Below are positions 37,301 through 59,106 of a DNA stretch of 64,000 nucleotides, in pieces. Source of the stretch: Hormiphora californensis (Eukaryota; Animalia; Ctenophora); assembly GCA_020137815.1 (NCBI GenBank), contig CM035357.1:434001-498000 (forward strand), given 5' to 3'. The notes beneath the pieces were generated by a model, which ran no database searches, was not told the origin of the DNA, and saw only the letters and a list, made by a program, of their open reading frames with translations. Both the position numbers and the translations under genes were made by a program. Every line of letters begins with the position of its first letter. Position 1 is the stretch's first letter.

Positions 37301-37348
37301 GAAGTGGTCCACCAGCCATGATATACTCAGCTCTTCAGACTCACCCAT
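24039..37348 (-). CDS. MTMR14: Myotubularin-related protein 14 (Jumpy/EDTP) phosphoinositide 3-phosphatase, multi-exon
   Basis: Exons encode NGELCGHYPR (about 36420-36545), ARCRSRFPSPVI (about 34530-34635), FVCRSATLA, IFDMMVENKK|VKFGLSITSSEKADKEKRY...SVPYPG, catalytic HCISGWDRTPLFVSLLRLTLWA (about 29880-29966), EILYLTIAYDWLLFGHQLEDRL and SWLMVSG. These match the MTMR14 motifs in order. Confidence 0.93.
24765..24995 (-). repeat. MTMR14 acceptor echo cluster (CTCTCTAG|GTTACC...), about 6-7 copies
   Basis: The + strand reads GGTAACCATGGTAACCTAGAGAGTGG repeated. The exon-proximal copy continues VTQGIRGVSR. Confidence 0.8.
25990..26345 (-). repeat. MTMR14 acceptor echo: 3 intronic copies of AATTAACTCCCCCAG|GCGTTTGACTACCTGGTCAGTAAGGGTAC.ATCACAGC
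   Basis: Four copies on the + strand read GTGAT(C/G)GTACCCTTACTGACCAGGTAGTCAAACGCCTGGGGGAGTTAATT. Only the copy at about 25990-26030 continues into coding sequence. Confidence 0.9.
27068..27224 (-). repeat. MTMR14 donor echo, 39-bp unit x4, in frame (RSTSGNGYIPSNG)
   Basis: Each unit ends ...CCATCAAATG|GTA(GGT/CGG). Confidence 0.9.
27659..28938. mobile_element. Kolobok-like palindromic non-autonomous element in an MTMR14 intron
   Basis: Near-perfect inverted arms of about 625 bp with a loop of about 26 nt. Ends read TTAA|GGGTACACC...GGTGTACCC|TTAA (TTAA TSD with RR...YY termini, the Kolobok rather than piggyBac pattern). Confidence 0.8.
29066..29234 (-). repeat. MTMR14 donor echo, 28-bp unit x6
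   Basis: The exon end ...AAG TTT AGC ATT ACC CAG TAT CAA AA|GTAAGT is repeated five more times in the intron. Confidence 0.9.
31546..31877 (-). repeat. MTMR14 donor-initiated 22-bp array, about 15 copies (AG|GTAACGAG(T/C)TATTTTTAGAG)
   Basis: Begins exactly at the donor of the ...MMVENKK exon. Confidence 0.9.
34130..34394. repeat. 17-bp minisatellite TTAGAATAAGTCTTAAG, about 15 copies, in an MTMR14 intron
   Basis: Direct inspection. The sense (minus) strand unit contains TTCTAAC. Confidence 0.9.
34978..36033 (-). CDS. Intronless BTB/POZ-domain protein (351 aa) nested in MTMR14 intron 2
   Basis: Clean 351-codon ORF with an N-terminal BTB signature: NVELLTSEGGVIPANSFILAVNSPVI...DFTEKGVDLFLECCYTG...LNKISAVFKVDWISRTC. 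Confidence 0.8.
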   Translation of the reverse strand: MSSYYQVFAQACLGVEFRDYPGLNNVELLTSEGGVIPANSFILAVNSPVILGMAKEGPLVQVDMTDFTEKGVDLFLECCYTGNVKDGNLNEESFRDLNKISAVFKVDWISRTCLEFFCGTCTELNGVTDSCDATTRFLFDEAVYLVKERGDRKLLKALNMALKRSKNSDLKKVLIRNVMKSNPEDDVSILMLNELAGTATPTLYSTLAELLRAKPKPYKLTESDKKLLNPVRLAGCLRLDSGVYHSLMDVLQEAVCEGDYGFLFRLANDVSKGNKGVIEVDVMSGDEEVESVMNSQSAVQTDNMQFGSRQGLGKPRKSRTCWTPSGMPVKCPAQRPFSKRKAQLGQRDSYQ

Positions 37349-39463
37349 TTCACTTTTCCTATATTACACTACTGCTAGAAATAGGGGTTGGTTTAGTTGT
37401 TATACGAACTTGCTAATACACTACTGCTAGAGAGGGGTTGGTTTAGTTGTTATACGAACTTGCTACTACACTACTGGAGATAGGTTGGTTTAGTTAATTA
37501 TCTATAATGAGATCTGATCAGGATTAATTGTGCGAGATAGCAGCTATAGAGAAAAACAATCTTGTTCCTAAAGTTGATTTAGTTATTAAATGCGAACTTG
37601 AGCTGTATAATAGTACAATGCATGTAAGGCTCAGTGTCATTTGCGGAATGTGGAAGTGGGGGTAATTATATACGTAGCATTCTTTTAGCATGTTGGTATT
37701 TTTAGAGAGAGAGTGGAAAAGAGAAAATAAAGAGAGAATATAAAGAGAGAAAATAAAGAGAGAATATAAAGAGAGAAACTTGAGTGGTATGTGCGGATAT
37801 ATTTTAGTCTGAGAACTAGGAATGGAATTTTATTTGTGTTTGACAGGTGGCCTGGTGGCAGTCCCAAAACTTGAAAATCTCATTTTGAAACCAAAGACAA
37901 ATCACACAAGAAACAAAACACTCGAGAGGCATTTCTGGGAACTAAATAATGTGTTGATACACAATGATTTTATCGAGTGTCACGAGCTGGCAGAATAAAG
38001 ATCAACAAAACTCGAAACATAAAACTTTTGAGTGTTGTCTTTGTTTTACATATCCGTGTGTTTATTATTTCTCTTCCTGAAAGTTTGTTCTACCACTATG
38101 CACTGTATGTGAGATAATACAGCAGTATATATTACGTCATCATTATCACAACAACGACATGCGTGGACTAGTTAATTGTTACCGGCTTAACGCTATAGTA
38201 GTAGTGAGTGGACTATTAGTGTCACCCAGCTGTACCACAGTGCTGTACCACAGTGTTGCTCATTGTGTAGTGTATCTACACTACCAATGAGTTACTGTGT
38301 CATTCCTACCCATCATGGAATCACGAATGGAATGTATTTCACCGTTCCAATCTTTGATGCCTTCTGCCTGTATTCTGTAATCATGTAATCTTGTATCTAC
38401 TGCACTCTCATCTACACTATCATCAGTCATGCAACTGACATGGAAACCGTTTTAAGATAGCAACATTCTTCATCCGTGTGCTCACCAAAAAGTTGTCAAA
38501 GCGCCTTCCAACCAAAGTCCAAAAATCTGCTAATTTATAATAGCACAAAACGTATTGATTCAATTAACCAGAGAGATTCAAGCACGCGGATTGTTGAGAC
38601 AGGAGACTCTAACAGGAAATCCCAGTATGTAATACATTATATAAGTATAAATTTTGGACCAAAGTCGGTCTTGAGTTTTATATTAGAATGCTCGACGTAG
38701 AATCAATCTAAAGAAAACTCCTGCTGATTCAAATGTGTCTTTGAATGGGATGGCAAAGCTAAAGCGTAAAATTTGGGTGCCTTCCATAGCTAACAATCTA
38801 TCGATTTTGGGCGGTCGAAACAGGTTAGGGCTGCCCCGTGCCAGTTAGCCGTTAGCGGTTAGCCTTTAGAGTCTGGCTAGGGTTTTTCTTAGGGTTATCG
38901 GTTAGTGCTATCGATTATCTATCAGATACCGTTTAGTTTACTCAAATTGGCAATGTGGTTGGCGGTTGCGTGGCCGGCAGACGTTTGAAAAAATCAGCCA
39001 AGAATCTAAAGTTTTAGAATTTTTTTGACCGTTGTAAAAAAACGGTACGTACGATTAAAAGTGCGGCGCAAAAAGTATTCTGCGCTGCATTACTCGTTAT
39101 CCAGTGCGCGTCGTATCAAATCGAGTCGGACCAGAATACAAAAATTTTACAAAAAGTTCCCTTTTTCGGCTTTCTGTCTTTTCGGTTTACTCTCTGCAGC
39201 TGCCCTCGGCCCTGTTTGCGGGGGCTCTGTTCCCTAAACCTCCGCCGGGGCTGCGTCCCTGGGCCCTGCTTGTGGGGGCTTTCACCCCCTAACCGTGGCT
39301 ACCGCTAACCGCGGCCGCCCTGACGGCTGACCCCAGACGCACAGACACACACTTGACGCTGCCAATCGGTGTTGGGATACGTTTTTAAGCTCACAAAACT
39401 TCCTTAGAACCCCTTGAATGTGCACACGGCACATATCTGCACCAAGGGAGGGGACATGAATCG

Positions 39464-39619
39464 TAAAGTCGGATTTTTTGAAGTTGTCACCCCCAAATGA
39501 CCGCGCGTGTGAAATTTATCAATTTTGACGCGCACACCACACGTTAACATGTGATGTGACACGCAAAAACATTCCGCGCACGAGAAGGGGGGTGACAACT
39601 TCAAAAAATCCGACTTTAG
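39464..39619. repeat. Hairpin element (arms about 30 bp) upstream of p38
   Basis: TAAAGTCGGATTTTTTGAAGTTGTCACCCC / GGGGTGACAACTTCAAAAAATCCGACTTTA. Confidence 0.7.
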
Positions 39620-39622
39620 ATT

Positions 39623-39780
39623 ATGGAGGCGAGACACTGTGTTGAGACGCGCACCATTGCGACGTGCATTGCGACGCGCATTTTGGCTTTGCGACGCGCA
39701 TTTAAGCACTGCGACGCGCATGTGCGCGTCGCAATGCGCGTCGCAATGGTGCGCGTCTCAACACAGTGTCTCGCCTCCAT
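39623..39780. repeat. CpG-rich hairpin element directly adjacent to the previous one
   Basis: ATGGAGGCGAGACACTGTGTTGAGACGCGCACCATTGCGACG / its reverse complement ending GCCTCCAT, with internal TGCGACGCGCA repeats. Confidence 0.7.
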
Positions 39781-40080
39781 GACAAAAATTATGCTCTTTC
39801 CAGCGTTTTGCCGAAGTTTGAGAACAATAAATGGGCCCAACAGCTCCTCAAAGCTTGTTGTATGGCTCGCGAGTGCTCATTGGAGCTGTTCTGTGCTGGT
39901 GTGTGGTTGACTCTACCCAGTTTTCAACCCATCCACCTTTTCTCCCAATATTAAAACTTGTCTAAAACTCGGGGTGGCGGCCAACATCGGCCTGAATATA
40001 AATAAGTGTAGACACTTCACAATAAATAATCCCAATATTAAACTAAAACTTCATAACATTTCCCATCAGTAGATAGAGTT

Positions 40081-48982
<8,902 letters not shown>

Positions 48983-50093
48983 GAGATATCCTAGCTCTAA
49001 AACACAGTTATTTTGTATCCCTGTGCAGATGCATGGACACAACATGATTTTCTATCGAACTATATCTCTCAATTAGTACAGCCTAGATGAGCTGTGACGT
49101 GTGAGGAACATGCTGAAACGAGCGTGTGATAAAATGTGTAATATGTTTTTTATGATTTACGTAATTAGCCAAAAGTATAAAGAGAAAGAGAGAAAGAGAT
49201 CATTATGTGATTGTTGTTGGAGAAAGAGAAAGAGAGAGAAAGAGAGATCATTATGTGATTGTTGTTTGCGAAAGAGAGATATCATGATATGATATTGAGC
49301 TCACGATATTGTTGTTTGTAAAATATGTGGAAGATACTAGGACGCCTGACATTTGTTCATTTACCCATTTGATCTTTGAAGTTTTAAATATTGAGGAATT
49401 TACGTAAGAACATTTGTTGAACTGAAAAGAATGAAAAGGCGTGATCTCGAGAGAGAGCGTGTGTGGGAGAGACTCAGAAAAAAAGAAAGAGGGAGAGAGA
49501 GGGAGAGAGAGAAAGAAAGAGAGAGCGAGAGTGAGAGGGACACAGAGAGAGACAGAGAAGGAGCGAGAAAGAAAGAATCATGTTGAAATTGTATCCATTT
49601 GTTTTCTAAGATCTCAACAAAATAAGCACGCTTGTATCATTAGTACCAGAAGTTGTAAAAACACGCCTTAATAATATCTCTTCTTTTCATTGGTAATGCG
49701 CTGAGTCTTTTTTCTCTCTTCCTATTATTTGTGTTAAAGACATGTTAAAGATCTCTCTCTCGTTCAATCATCATAGCTTGTGATTATATCCACTCTCTCT
49801 CTGTGATTATATCCACTCTCTAGCTCTCTGTGAGAGTCTAATTAACATGTTATTAACACAACAAATCTCTCAAACATAGAGAAACCGGGTGGCCACACTA
49901 CACGGAAATCTGTGTACCACAACTGCAAACGACCCACACACATTGTCTCTTGTCAGCGCAATGTCACCAGCTAGTTCACTAGTTGCTGCTTTTGTGTCGA
50001 CTTGATCTACCCTCGGTAACTGCAGATATATCTCTCTCTTGTCAGATTATAACTTGAAGTGAGTGTCCCCCTGTGTTAGACATGTTCTGTCTG

Positions 50094-51989
50094 TTAGAAT
50101 CTTCGTCCACTCTTTTTCAGCTGAGCCCTGAACTTGGCCACTGTGTTGAGTAGATCGGTACCTGGAGAAAGAAGGTTTCAGTATAGGGGATATAATGGGT
50201 TTTAGTAAGTGGTTTAGGATGGGTGTTAATAATGGGTTGCATGGACCTTCGCTTTTGGAGACAAGAAACTGTTGATACATGCAGGTTGCCAAATTTGAGA
50301 AATTTGATGTTTGGCCGATGTGTGTTTATGTTCCAAAAATAGTCAATAATCACAAAAACAGTCACATGATCACTTCTCGTGTTTTGAGAGGAGCGAGAAG
50401 AGTGGTCATGCATTGTTTTGACGCCTGACAGACTCCTTGTTCATTACCAACAACAGATCAGAGAGAGAAAGAGAGAGAAAAAAGAGAGCAAGAGAGACAG
50501 AGTGCGAAGATGCGTATTTTAAAATACGGCGAATGTACAATGACACGAGATGCTGTTTGCTAATCGGATTTGAGTCGCCGCGTCTGCTGCTGAACGGCGA
50601 ACTTTTTTACCAACGGAACACGGCTGCATAGCAAGACATATTCTAGACGCATTGACGCAAAACAGACAAATTTTTCAGATTGAAAAGTTTTTCTCTTTTG
50701 AGCTGAGCTGTCGGAATCGTTCACGGAAATAGCAAGCGAGTTTGTCACTGTTTAACTAAGAGAGAACTCACCTTCTACCCGGTTAGTAAAGTATTGGAAG
50801 AAGATAAAATCAATTACACACGCCACTCCTAACACGGCCGCCATCATTGTCAGCCATTGCTGGTTTTCTGGAAGTGTCCAGTAGAGTATCAGACAGATCA
50901 CAACTGAGGAAATAGAGAGGTTGTACCAGAACGCCCTAACATTTACCGCAAAGTGCAAAACCCAAAAAATAACTATCACGACTTTCGTTTTGAAAACAGA
51001 CAGATTAAATAACACTGCAAAGTGTGAACTGTGAATTGAACCAGCTCCGTGCAGATATGACTTACTGAGTGTCGGTAAAACGTAGAGGAGGATCTGGCTA
51101 ACTTTCTGCATCACTATAACAAGTTTCCTTCTCTCCTTCGCTCTTGATACGGCAGCTGTGAGGAGAGGGGAATATATTAGGTTTAAACAGTTGCACAAAG
51201 TTTATTGGAAAACACCGACAGAACAAGACAAAACATATACAGACATCACGGTGGGCGCCCTTGTTGAGTAAGGAGTGAGACTCAACATGGGCGCCCACCC
51301 CACTAACCCCAAACACTGACAGAGAGACCCTTCCCCCTCTCTTTCCCCCGCTTCTTACAACCCTCCCCTCCCTTCCTCCACCCCATATAACAACCTCCCT
51401 CTCCATCCCACTCTGATCTCTCTATCTCGAACCTGCGGCAGTCTCTGATCCAGCATGACTAAGAATATCCCTCCCCTCCCTCTCTCCCATCCCCTCCCTC
51501 TCCCCCCAACCCCTCCCTCTCTCACAGCAGCACCTGTGAGCAGATCTGCTCACCTGCGGCAGTCTCTGAACCAGCATGACTGAGAATACCCAACCCCTCC
51601 CTCTCTCACAGCAGCACCTGTGAGCAGATCAGCTAACCTGCAGCAGTCTCTGATCCAGCATGACTAAGGATATCCAGGGCACTGGGTCTCCTACTCCCAT
51701 CATATCCTCCCATATCCGCCACACTCAACAGTGATCCCCTCCTGCTCCCGTTAACACTTGCAATACTGCCATTCCTATGTGCCCCAATGGGGGTCTTCAG
51801 GAGGTTGTTCCCCACACTGGTAGGTGGACTATCTTTAGGGCAGGTCCTGGCAGCTGCAGTGGTGGGAGCAGCAGGGGGTGGCATTAGGATGGAGTGGTCG
51901 GTAGGGGGCGGGGTTGTGGCTGTGGTCTGAACGAATGGGACCGTTGCCGCGATGTGAGGTTCCAACTCTATCTCTTCGTCTCCAGACAT
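50094..51989 (-). CDS. Uncharacterised multipass membrane protein with a Pro/Thr-rich cytoplasmic N-terminus, 3 coding exons
   Basis: Exons about 51989-51638, 51155-50772 and 50161-50094 join in phase 1. There are 3-4 hydrophobic segments (VVIVIFWVLHFAV; ISSVVICLILYW; MMAAVLGVACVIDFIFF), RRGS/RRPS motifs and a basic C-terminal tail. No family recognised. Confidence 0.7.
51430..51672 (-). repeat. Donor echo x2 of the first coding exon of the membrane-protein gene
   Basis: The exon end GAT ATC CTT AGT CAT GCT GGA TCA GAG ACT GCT GCA G|GT is copied at about 51551-51590 and 51430-51470. Confidence 0.9.
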
Positions 51990-53628
51990 TTCGTGCAGTA
52001 GTAGGGGTGGGACTGGGTGTTTACATGGCGTGCTGGGAGAGAGGGGGTGTTTACATTTCGTGTAGTAGTAGGTGGTGGGACTGGGTGTTTACATGGTGTG
52101 CTGGGAGAGAGAATAAGAAATAGGGATAACGTGTTAAATTATCGTGGTAGATAAGGGCTTGAAACAAGCAAGATAAGGGCTTGAAACAAGCTCGACAAGT
52201 CAAAAACAAACATAAAAAGGATTACAAATAGCAATTCAAAAACTGATCAAAATAATACTCGATTTATGTAATAGCCAATTAACTACGTACATAGAATAGA
52301 ATAAACATCATATAATGAGGTGGTCGGTTCGCAGATGTGAATCTGGTTTCGACAGGTCACTAGCTTTACAGCATATAATCATAATATTCCTTCACCATTA
52401 TCAACAAATTAGGGTGAAAGAGCTAGGAGATCAAGGATTGCTAGGTCACCAAAATACACTGTTGAGGAACACAGCTGCCAGGCCAATGCTCTCTATTTGA
52501 AAGAAATTAGAATAATAGGGTCATGCCAAGCAAATGCTCTGACAGAGGAACGTACTAATTTTGATTTGAGTGTGTGATCAACTAACTGTGCATATAATGT
52601 AGTGAAATCAGGGTGTATTATATGAGGTACAATGTGAGGTAACTGTAATAGTGTAATAATGTATGATATTGGTAATGGGAATGAACACATGAGATTGAGA
52701 GGGAGAGAGAGAGAGGGATATGAAAAAATAATATAAGATAGGTATAACAGGTATTGTGAGTTCTAGGACTTCAAATAAACGGGCAAATTGATCAAAAATT
52801 CACATGTAGCCGATCTATGGTCATAAACAATACAATTTAACATCTCGGGGAGGAGGAGAGAGAGAGAGAGAGAGAGAGAAAAAAAAGAGGGAAAGATAGA
52901 GAGGATAGTAGAAGGATATTCCTCAAATAATGGATATTGAACGCGTATGTCGAGTCACTCCATCATGCCCTAAATCAACTTCTTGATTGTTCTAAGATGT
53001 TCTCCATCGGTCTCTCTCTATTTTTAACCTTATCTCTCTCCCCCTGCTTTTCTCTCCCTCACTCTCCCTCACTCTCTCCCTCTCTCCCTCTCTCCCTCTC
53101 TCCCTCTCTTACCGCTCCATCCCCTGTCAACAGGTCGTTAAAAGGCTAGTTTAGAGAGAGACTTGAGAGAGATGTGGGTGCATGCATTATGCAACCGCCC
53201 ACATATGGAGAGCTTGCCTATAAAAACTTGGCTAGACTGGCAGGCCAATGCTCTGAAGAAATGAGAATAGGGTTATATAGGACAAAGATCTGACAGGGCA
53301 AGACAGTTGCTGGAAAATGCAAAAAATCTACGAAGCCAAATTTTACGAAGCCAAATCCTTAGACCTTTTGTTCAGAACAGTTCTTTTATTACAGCATTTT
53401 AGATTAACACAGTACAGATTAACACATTTTAGTACATTTTAGATTAACCATTGACACGTAATTAACGTAATTAACTAAGTGCTGTAATTCAACTGAATAT
53501 TGTTTGATACAAAATTGACAAACAAGTGGAATGAAGTGTTGATTGATTTACAGTACGACCAATAAAGAGAGGAAGGAGGGAGAGAGAATGAAACGTGGAA
53601 AAGGTTAGCGACTGGAAGAAAACATTCG

Positions 53629-53688
<60 letters not shown>

Positions 53689-54904
53689 GTGAGAGAGAGA
53701 GAGAGAGAGAGAGAAAAAGAGAGAGAGTGTGTGTGTGTGTGTGTTTTTGCGAGTGATGAGTGATGGTAGACAAATAATATACTCATTTCCGGTTTCTCAA
53801 TTCTACCATTGCAGCCTTCAATTTTCAGATCTATCAGCAGCACGTCAATAGATTAATTGAGTTGGGGCCAGGGTATTTTTCGGAATTGAATTTATCAAAA
53901 GATGAATAGATGAATTAGAGAAAAAATAGTGATAGAAAAGGATAAATAGAGATAGAAAATGATAAATAGAGATAGAAAAGGATAAATAGGAAATTAGAAA
54001 GATTGAGAGCAAAATAAATTCTGCTTTACACGTACTTGCACGTACAGGCTTACACCAATACAATTTGTACACACAGTACACAAGCTCTGATACTCAGAAT
54101 CATGATCCCTTCTCTCTTTCCGCATCTTTCTCTCTCACTTTCTCTCTCTCTCTCACTTTCTCTCTCTCTTCCTCTCGCTATGAACAATAGGGTCAGAGCA
54201 TGTACTCTTCCCGTTTCTCTCTCCCCCTCCTCCAATACACCATTACTCCTACTCCTAGCTAGTAGCTATACACTAAAAGAGAAGATGAATTCAGCACTTC
54301 TTGGTGAAAATTAAAAATCCTACTGAAGTTCTTGACTCATTTCCTCTTTCTCTCTCTCTCTTTTTTCCAGGTAAACAAGAACAGAGCTATACTACAGCTC
54401 CCAGCCCAAAGCGTGATGATAGGTCTAGTAAATATACAGAGCTACTATTCAACATGTGTGGCATACTCATGGGCTTCAGTTCATGTTTAGAGGACAATTC
54501 TATAGCACATATTTTTGTCAAAAAAGCCAAACAGGGGTCAAAAAGAGAGAGCTTCTGTAAGTGTATAATATAACAACAACAAAAGTGAAAGCTAACAATG
54601 TTAGACACATGTGCATTCCTGCATTTTAGGATACCTAGAGTTTTTCTAATTGTGTACCCTAAAATATATATATGCGAGAGAGGTATAAGGGTAAAAACAT
54701 GAGAGAGGTGTAAGGGTTAAAACTAGACGGTTGTTATTCAGAGAGAAAGTCAGAGAGGTATGTTACCCAAGAGACTCATGATAAAGACATGAGACCAAGT
54801 CAGACTAAATAGAACGTGCCGGGGTGATAGGAAATATGAAATTGCACAGATTCTTGGCCGGCACTGAATTTATCACACGGGTTACAACTCACACTGCTTA
54901 TATA

Positions 54905-55541
54905 CAGGGTGTTCATATGGGATCTTTACAAGCGTTGGGCTTCACCCAGAAAAAAGTTGACAAAATTAGCTTATGAAACTTCATACTTGGACTATTCTAT
55001 ACCCTCATTCAAGGTTCCTGATGTTTTCGGAGCTCTAATACCCCTGGAAGTGTGTTTTTGGCATCAAAACTACCAGAAGGAATTTTTTGCTGGTGCTGAG
55101 ACTTTGTTAGAATGTTTTTTGGGTATTTTTTATGTCAATTCCAAAGTTTCATGATGATTGGATGAACTCAAAATTTCGAAAAAAGTACCTGGAAAGACTC
55201 TAAAATATCAATTTTTGCCATTTTTGAGCTGTTTTTGGGCCTTTTCAGCCAGTTTATTTGGAACTTGGTGACTGAACCACACATCCAATCATCATGAAAC
55301 TTTGGAATTGACATAGAAAATACCCAAAAAACATTCTAGCAAAGTCTCAGCACCAGCAAAAAATTCCTTCTGGTAGTTTTGATGCCAAAAACACACTTCC
55401 AGGGGTATTAGAGCTCCGAAAACACCAGGAACCTTGAATGAGGGTATAGAATAGTCCAAGTATGAAGTTTCATGAGCTAAGTTTGTCAAATTTTTTCTGG
55501 GTGAAGCCCAACGCTTGTAAAGATCCCATATGAACACCCTG
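54905..55541. mobile_element. Tc1/mariner-type MITE with TIRs of about 260 bp
   Basis: TA|CAGGGTGTTCATATGGG...CCCATATGAACACCCTG|TA, spacer about 120 bp. Confidence 0.85.
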
Positions 55542-58500
55542 TACACCATGAAAGTCTAGAAACTTGAGTGAACAGGGATCGGGGAGAGATCAGGGACGAG
55601 GTCATGGAAACCTGTACAAGAAATGGAAACATGTACAAGAAATGGAAACCTGTGTCCAAGTGTAAGCAAGATTTACTAGTATTACACGATTTAGAGTCAA
55701 GTGGAGACGCCATGAGACGGAAACAAAGAAGAACGGGGAGAAATTAGCGATCGCGAAACAGTCAGAGTAGTAAGAGATAGGGAGAGATAGAAAGGGAGTT
55801 AGATTGAAAGAAAGAAAGAGAGAAAGAAAGAAAGAAGGAGAGAAAGAAGGAGAGGAAGAAGGAAGGAGAGAAAGAAAGAGAAAGAGAATGAGGTAGAAAA
55901 ACGTCATTGCCATGTGCATTTACCGTAGACACACATGATCTCTGATTAGGGCTGTAACAAAGAGAGAGATGAACTACTATGTGGCTACTGTAATCATTAC
56001 AATTTCCAACATGAAATAACTTCATACTTGAGTAGGTACTTGTAAAGCTCACATTGCGCTATGTGAGGGTTGGTGACATAGACACCTGGCGCGGGCAGAT
56101 CAACTTCATACGTGGAACATGAACACAAAGCCTATATAAAAAGTTGGTTACAAAATAAACCAGCTCTTGATCTCCGCGACCTTCGTAAGGTGACCTTAGC
56201 GCCGACAAGGGATGGGCAACTTCGTTACTAACTGTATAAAGATTGTGGTGGGTTTCTAAAATACCGGTTGTAAACATTTCCCTCCAAAAGAAGCCCGTGG
56301 GCCGGAATATAGGCTTTATGGAATTGTTTCTTTTTTAAACGTCTAAAGACCGCAGACTCGGACTAATAATTGTGTGCTCTAAGCTCCTAAACTTCTGCCT
56401 CGGGAGAGAGATTGGTGTAATAACTAGAGAGAGAGAATGGGAGAAACAGCATCTCATGGTGGACGTTCTGCTGGGGAATTGAGGGGAGGCTGGAAAGATT
56501 AAACAAAAATGCCCAAAGATCTCTCAATTTCCTTCGTGGATTCAGAAATTAAAACGAGAAAAGAGCTCAACCACCATGCAGCTCAAAGACACAAAACTCC
56601 GTCACAACTCTCTATGCTATGCTATTCTTTGTAAAGCGTATATTCACAACACCTATCCAAATCAAATATACCAATTAACAAAGCATTCAAAGCAGGTGTG
56701 GAAGTGTTACTGATGTGTAGGACCGGTCGACATGTTTTTAATAAAAACTGAGAGCTGTCGTTGAGGCCCTGTAGAGAGAGACTGCACATTATAGTCGGAG
56801 AGACTGCATTTTATAGTCGGCTGATAAATTGCCAGATCAGCTGATTATACAATTCTAAAATAACAACTCTACAAGTGCAACAACCCAGCGAATCTCTATA
56901 GTTGTCCAAGAAACGTACATGAACTGTATGATCAGACTCAAGAATAGTCAAGTGATACATTAATGTACTGAATATAAAAACCATTCAATAAATTGAGGTA
57001 TCTTGAGAAGGAATATAACTCACAAAATAAAAGAGGATAATAGAAAGTCATTCAGTGTACAGAATAAGGAGAAGAAGGGTATAACAATAGAAGATACAAT
57101 ATCGAGGCTTCCTGTGAAGACTGAAGAACAATAGAGAAACAATATCGCTGAGATAGAAATAAATAAAGAGAAACATAGAAATAAAGAAAGAGAAATCACG
57201 AGGGAGGGTGAGAATCAGAGAAAGAAAGCAAGTGATCAGAGATGCATGAAGCTGTCATGGTACACCTGTGAAAAGTAAGAAAATGAGACACCGTTTCATT
57301 GAAATGAAGTGCCGGCGTGTCAATTTCTTAATTTTTCAATCTTGATCTGACAAATATATTGAAGACGAACTGCCCCTAAATGTTCGAAAACCGGAAACGA
57401 TCATCAAATCAGAATAATTAGAAAGAGCTGTGATTTTCACAGTGTGAGCATGGAACGAGTAGAATACGTCTGGAAATTTCCTGACTACGAATTGGCCATA
57501 CAATTAGATCTGCAGTGCGCTCATGATATAAGAAGAAAAGGAAAAGTTTAATCAGTCGGTCCTCTTTATGTATTACAAGACAATTTAGGCCAAAATTATA
57601 CGCTGAACAAATCTTTCTTCTAGGCTGTCTAGCGGGATCATAGATACCAATTTGAGCGCATTGTTTTGAATATTTCAAAACAGCACACCGCTTTGAAGAG
57701 CGGGCTCGTGTACCTATATTTGATATTACGTGTCTCATTCCACCTGATGCCTAGTTGAATGGTAAAGCATCAACAACAAGACTCTATCTCTCTGTGTTGG
57801 ATCGATAATATCACCTCAAAATTGAGCACGTGTGTTTTACTTGTTTTGTTGAAGGGAGAGAGAGAGAGTCAAACAAGGCAATGTTTTACAACGTAAGCAG
57901 TAAGAGACCGTCTCGTTCTTTTGGGGGGGTGGGGGAGAAAATATAAAACAACGAAAGCTCCAGATAAGACAGCGAGTTGAACTGCTAGTTCCTATTTTCT
58001 ATTATTGAGTAAAAAACTCAACAAATTTTAGCTGGAGTGATGGTCAGATGGTCTGAGCAGTGAGCCTAGCTGGTAAAAACTCAACAAATTTTAGCTGGAG
58101 TGATGATCAGATATGGTCTGAGCTAGAAAGGGAGGGTGAATTATATTTTGTTAATCCAGCTATGAATACCATTGAATGGTGAATGGTGAATGGTGAAACA
58201 CTGAATCACTGAATCAGAATGGTGAATGGTGAATCAGAATGGTGAATGGTGTGGTACCGGTATACATCATGGTGGTATGGGCGACCAGCCAAATTGATCT
58301 AGGTCATTAATTGATTTCACACGAAGAGAAATACACACAAAGCCGAGAGATAGAGAGAGTGATACAAATAGAGTGACCTAGGCAGATTATCGTAGCCCAA
58401 AAGTTTTACAGTTTCAAAAGCAAAGACTCAATCAGAAACTTATTATATATTTAACATAACTTAACTAAGTGCCCACGTACGCGTTGAGTATGATAATGGG

Positions 58501-58977
58501 GAACATTAACAGATGGTGAAGGACAGTGGGCACGATCATCTCAGGTCTAAATAAAGCTACGAACAAGTAGGACCATCAATTTGGTCTTTAACCAAAATTA
58601 GAAGGCTGGAACTATCAATCCAAGAACCTCTCCAGTTACAGACTTCTTTTCTGCTCCCTCATACATAATGTAATGCTGTGGTCCACCTGTACTGTCGAAT
58701 TGTAATGTACTACTACTATAATACTATATAGATTACCTTAACTCTCTCTCACTCTCTCACCCTCCTTCTCTCCATCTCACTCTCTCCCTCCAACTATCCC
58801 TCTCTTTATCTCCCTACCTCTCACTCTCCCTCCCTCCATCTATCGCTATCTCTAATTTGATAAGTATGGAGGCACCATCACCTCTTTTGTGTGCCTATAT
58901 GTGCAATGCTCAAGCATTATTATTATACGGTCACACCACTACCATACTACGAATGGGAGAGAGGGAGGGAGAGAGAA

Positions 58978-59106
<129 letters not shown>

